Below the pieces are notes generated by a model. It made no database searches, was not told the DNA's origin, and saw nothing but the letters and a program-made list of their open reading frames with translations. Both the position numbers and the translations under genes were made by a program. A stretch of DNA of 64,000 nt from Catajapyx aquilonaris (Eukaryota). Every line of letters begins with the position of its first letter. Position 1 is the first letter of the stretch. The stretch covers positions 62,001 through 126,000 of the forward strand of contig KZ537983.1 of the NCBI GenBank assembly GCA_000934665.2, given 5' to 3'. Shown in pieces: positions 62,461 through 64,000 of the stretch.

Positions 62461-64000
62461 CGAAACTTGTTCCTAAACCTTTTCTACACCTGCTAACTAT
62501 ACTACCTGTGAAACAAGAACGACGCAATGGTTATCAGCGTATCAGGATGAAAGTACATATCCTCAGGAGAGCACTAGTCCTGTTTGCCAGACCAGGCGGA
62601 CCAACAAGGCGAGAGCAATCTATCCGGGTCCCCTAGAGAACCTAGATTGCCGCCTTCGAAATAGCCTCATTAACAGACTGGCAAATCTCAGGTGCCAACG
62701 CCTCGCTAATAAATAGGAAATAATTATCGAAGAGGCTACGTCCTGGTCCTTCAGAGCCACGATAAGGACCAGTCCGTATTCGTACTTGGAACGTTGCCAG
62801 TCGTCCGTTACAAAAGGGCTTCTCTCATTGGCAAGCGACGCACGCTCTGGCCAACCAGAAGGCGGGAGGCAAGCTGAAGAGCTTAAAATTGCCACTGAAG
62901 TCCCTTTCACACCTGGGGATGGGTCTAGAGGATCCTGGCCTAAAACCCATCCCAATTTGAAACCTCTCCACTCCAATCTTTAACCCACGTCCAAGCGACA
63001 TTTAACGTTCCGGTTGGACATGACGTGACCGGGCTTAAATGTCATCCTAAATGACTGGACCATTCGGTGTTCCTGACCGGTGTCACACGGGCTTATGAAC
63101 TGGGGTTATATACCAACATAATGCAGCCGAGGTCGAGCACTCAGCGAGTAATCCGCGTTCAATAATTCTATGGTGATGGGGATATTTGACCAGGATGGTT
63201 CAAAGTTAATATAAAATTAGGCCATTCTTGCGCAGAGCCGCGTGTAATTGTTCCTAAAGGGATACGTCACGCTATTATCCGGCCGGTAGCGTATTATGTG
63301 CAATATGACGTTTTATTGCCCGGTATCATATCGAAGCGTTCGGGTGTGCCTAACTAGTGTTGTGACATTTCATCAAGTTCAGTGACACAAGTTCGGATGT
63401 ACTGTACAGTATTATACTATGCAAATTAGTGCTTCCGGTCGTAGGTATAATTTTGCATAATTAAACGTGACAGCTTACGTTAAGGTTCCATGATAATATT
63501 AGCTGCAGTACTTAGTATCAATTTGAGCATTACTGCTATCCTGTAGTATACAGAATTTTTGGCCCAAATTATTATCCTATATTTTACAACCCTCACGAAC
63601 GTTCGGCAGTTTGTGATTACCACACCCACCTATGCTAATCATAAATTCTGCACCATATTGGACGCACTTTGTCAAAAAAAAAAAATGTCACCACCCTCCA
63701 ATTTACACCCTACGATACAAACCGAAGCGTCTAATTCGATCGCTCATGTGATTAAACCCTCTCTTCTACTTCCCCACTTATCACGCCTAGACACGTGGTG
63801 GGAAGCGCAATGCATCTCTCCCAATTCCCAAAATCCCCGCGCCTTTTCAAATTTCACACTCTCCCAAGCAATTAGAGGGGCACCCCTTTGTCGCCATTTT
63901 CAGGCTGGGCGAAAACTCACTGGCGCAATAAATAGGCTTCCGGACACAATTGCTCGGAAAGAGAGAAGCAGGCTGTACCTAATTCCCAGTTTTTTTTAGG

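Overview
Eukaryotic (arthropod-like) genomic DNA with spliceosomal introns, so the ORF track mostly shows exon pieces and noise. Left 14 kb: a tandem array of five 3-exon UDP-glycosyltransferase (UGT) genes on the + strand (copy 1 is 5'-truncated by the window edge), a UGT exon fragment, a decayed LRR fragment and a Helitron 3' end. From 15.7 kb rightwards: one receptor tyrosine kinase gene of the MuSK/Nrk type on the - strand (2 Ig domains, Frizzled CRD, kringle, TM, kinase). I reconstructed 11 in-phase exons plus a candidate 12th; the first exon was not found and probably lies beyond the right edge. Its large 5' introns hold a decayed mariner, a Kolobok-like MITE, many fold-back elements, tRNA-derived SINEs, solo-LTR-like elements and tandem repeats. 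I see no CRISPR array, no prokaryotic system and no clear evidence of a wholly new biological system. The most interesting signals are shifted-register 5' splice sites in UGT copies 1-3, a chimeric UGT copy, a hypervariable acceptor-domain patch, an Ig-retaining Nrk/MuSK and a three-way fold-back element. Coordinates were counted by hand and may be off by a few bases.
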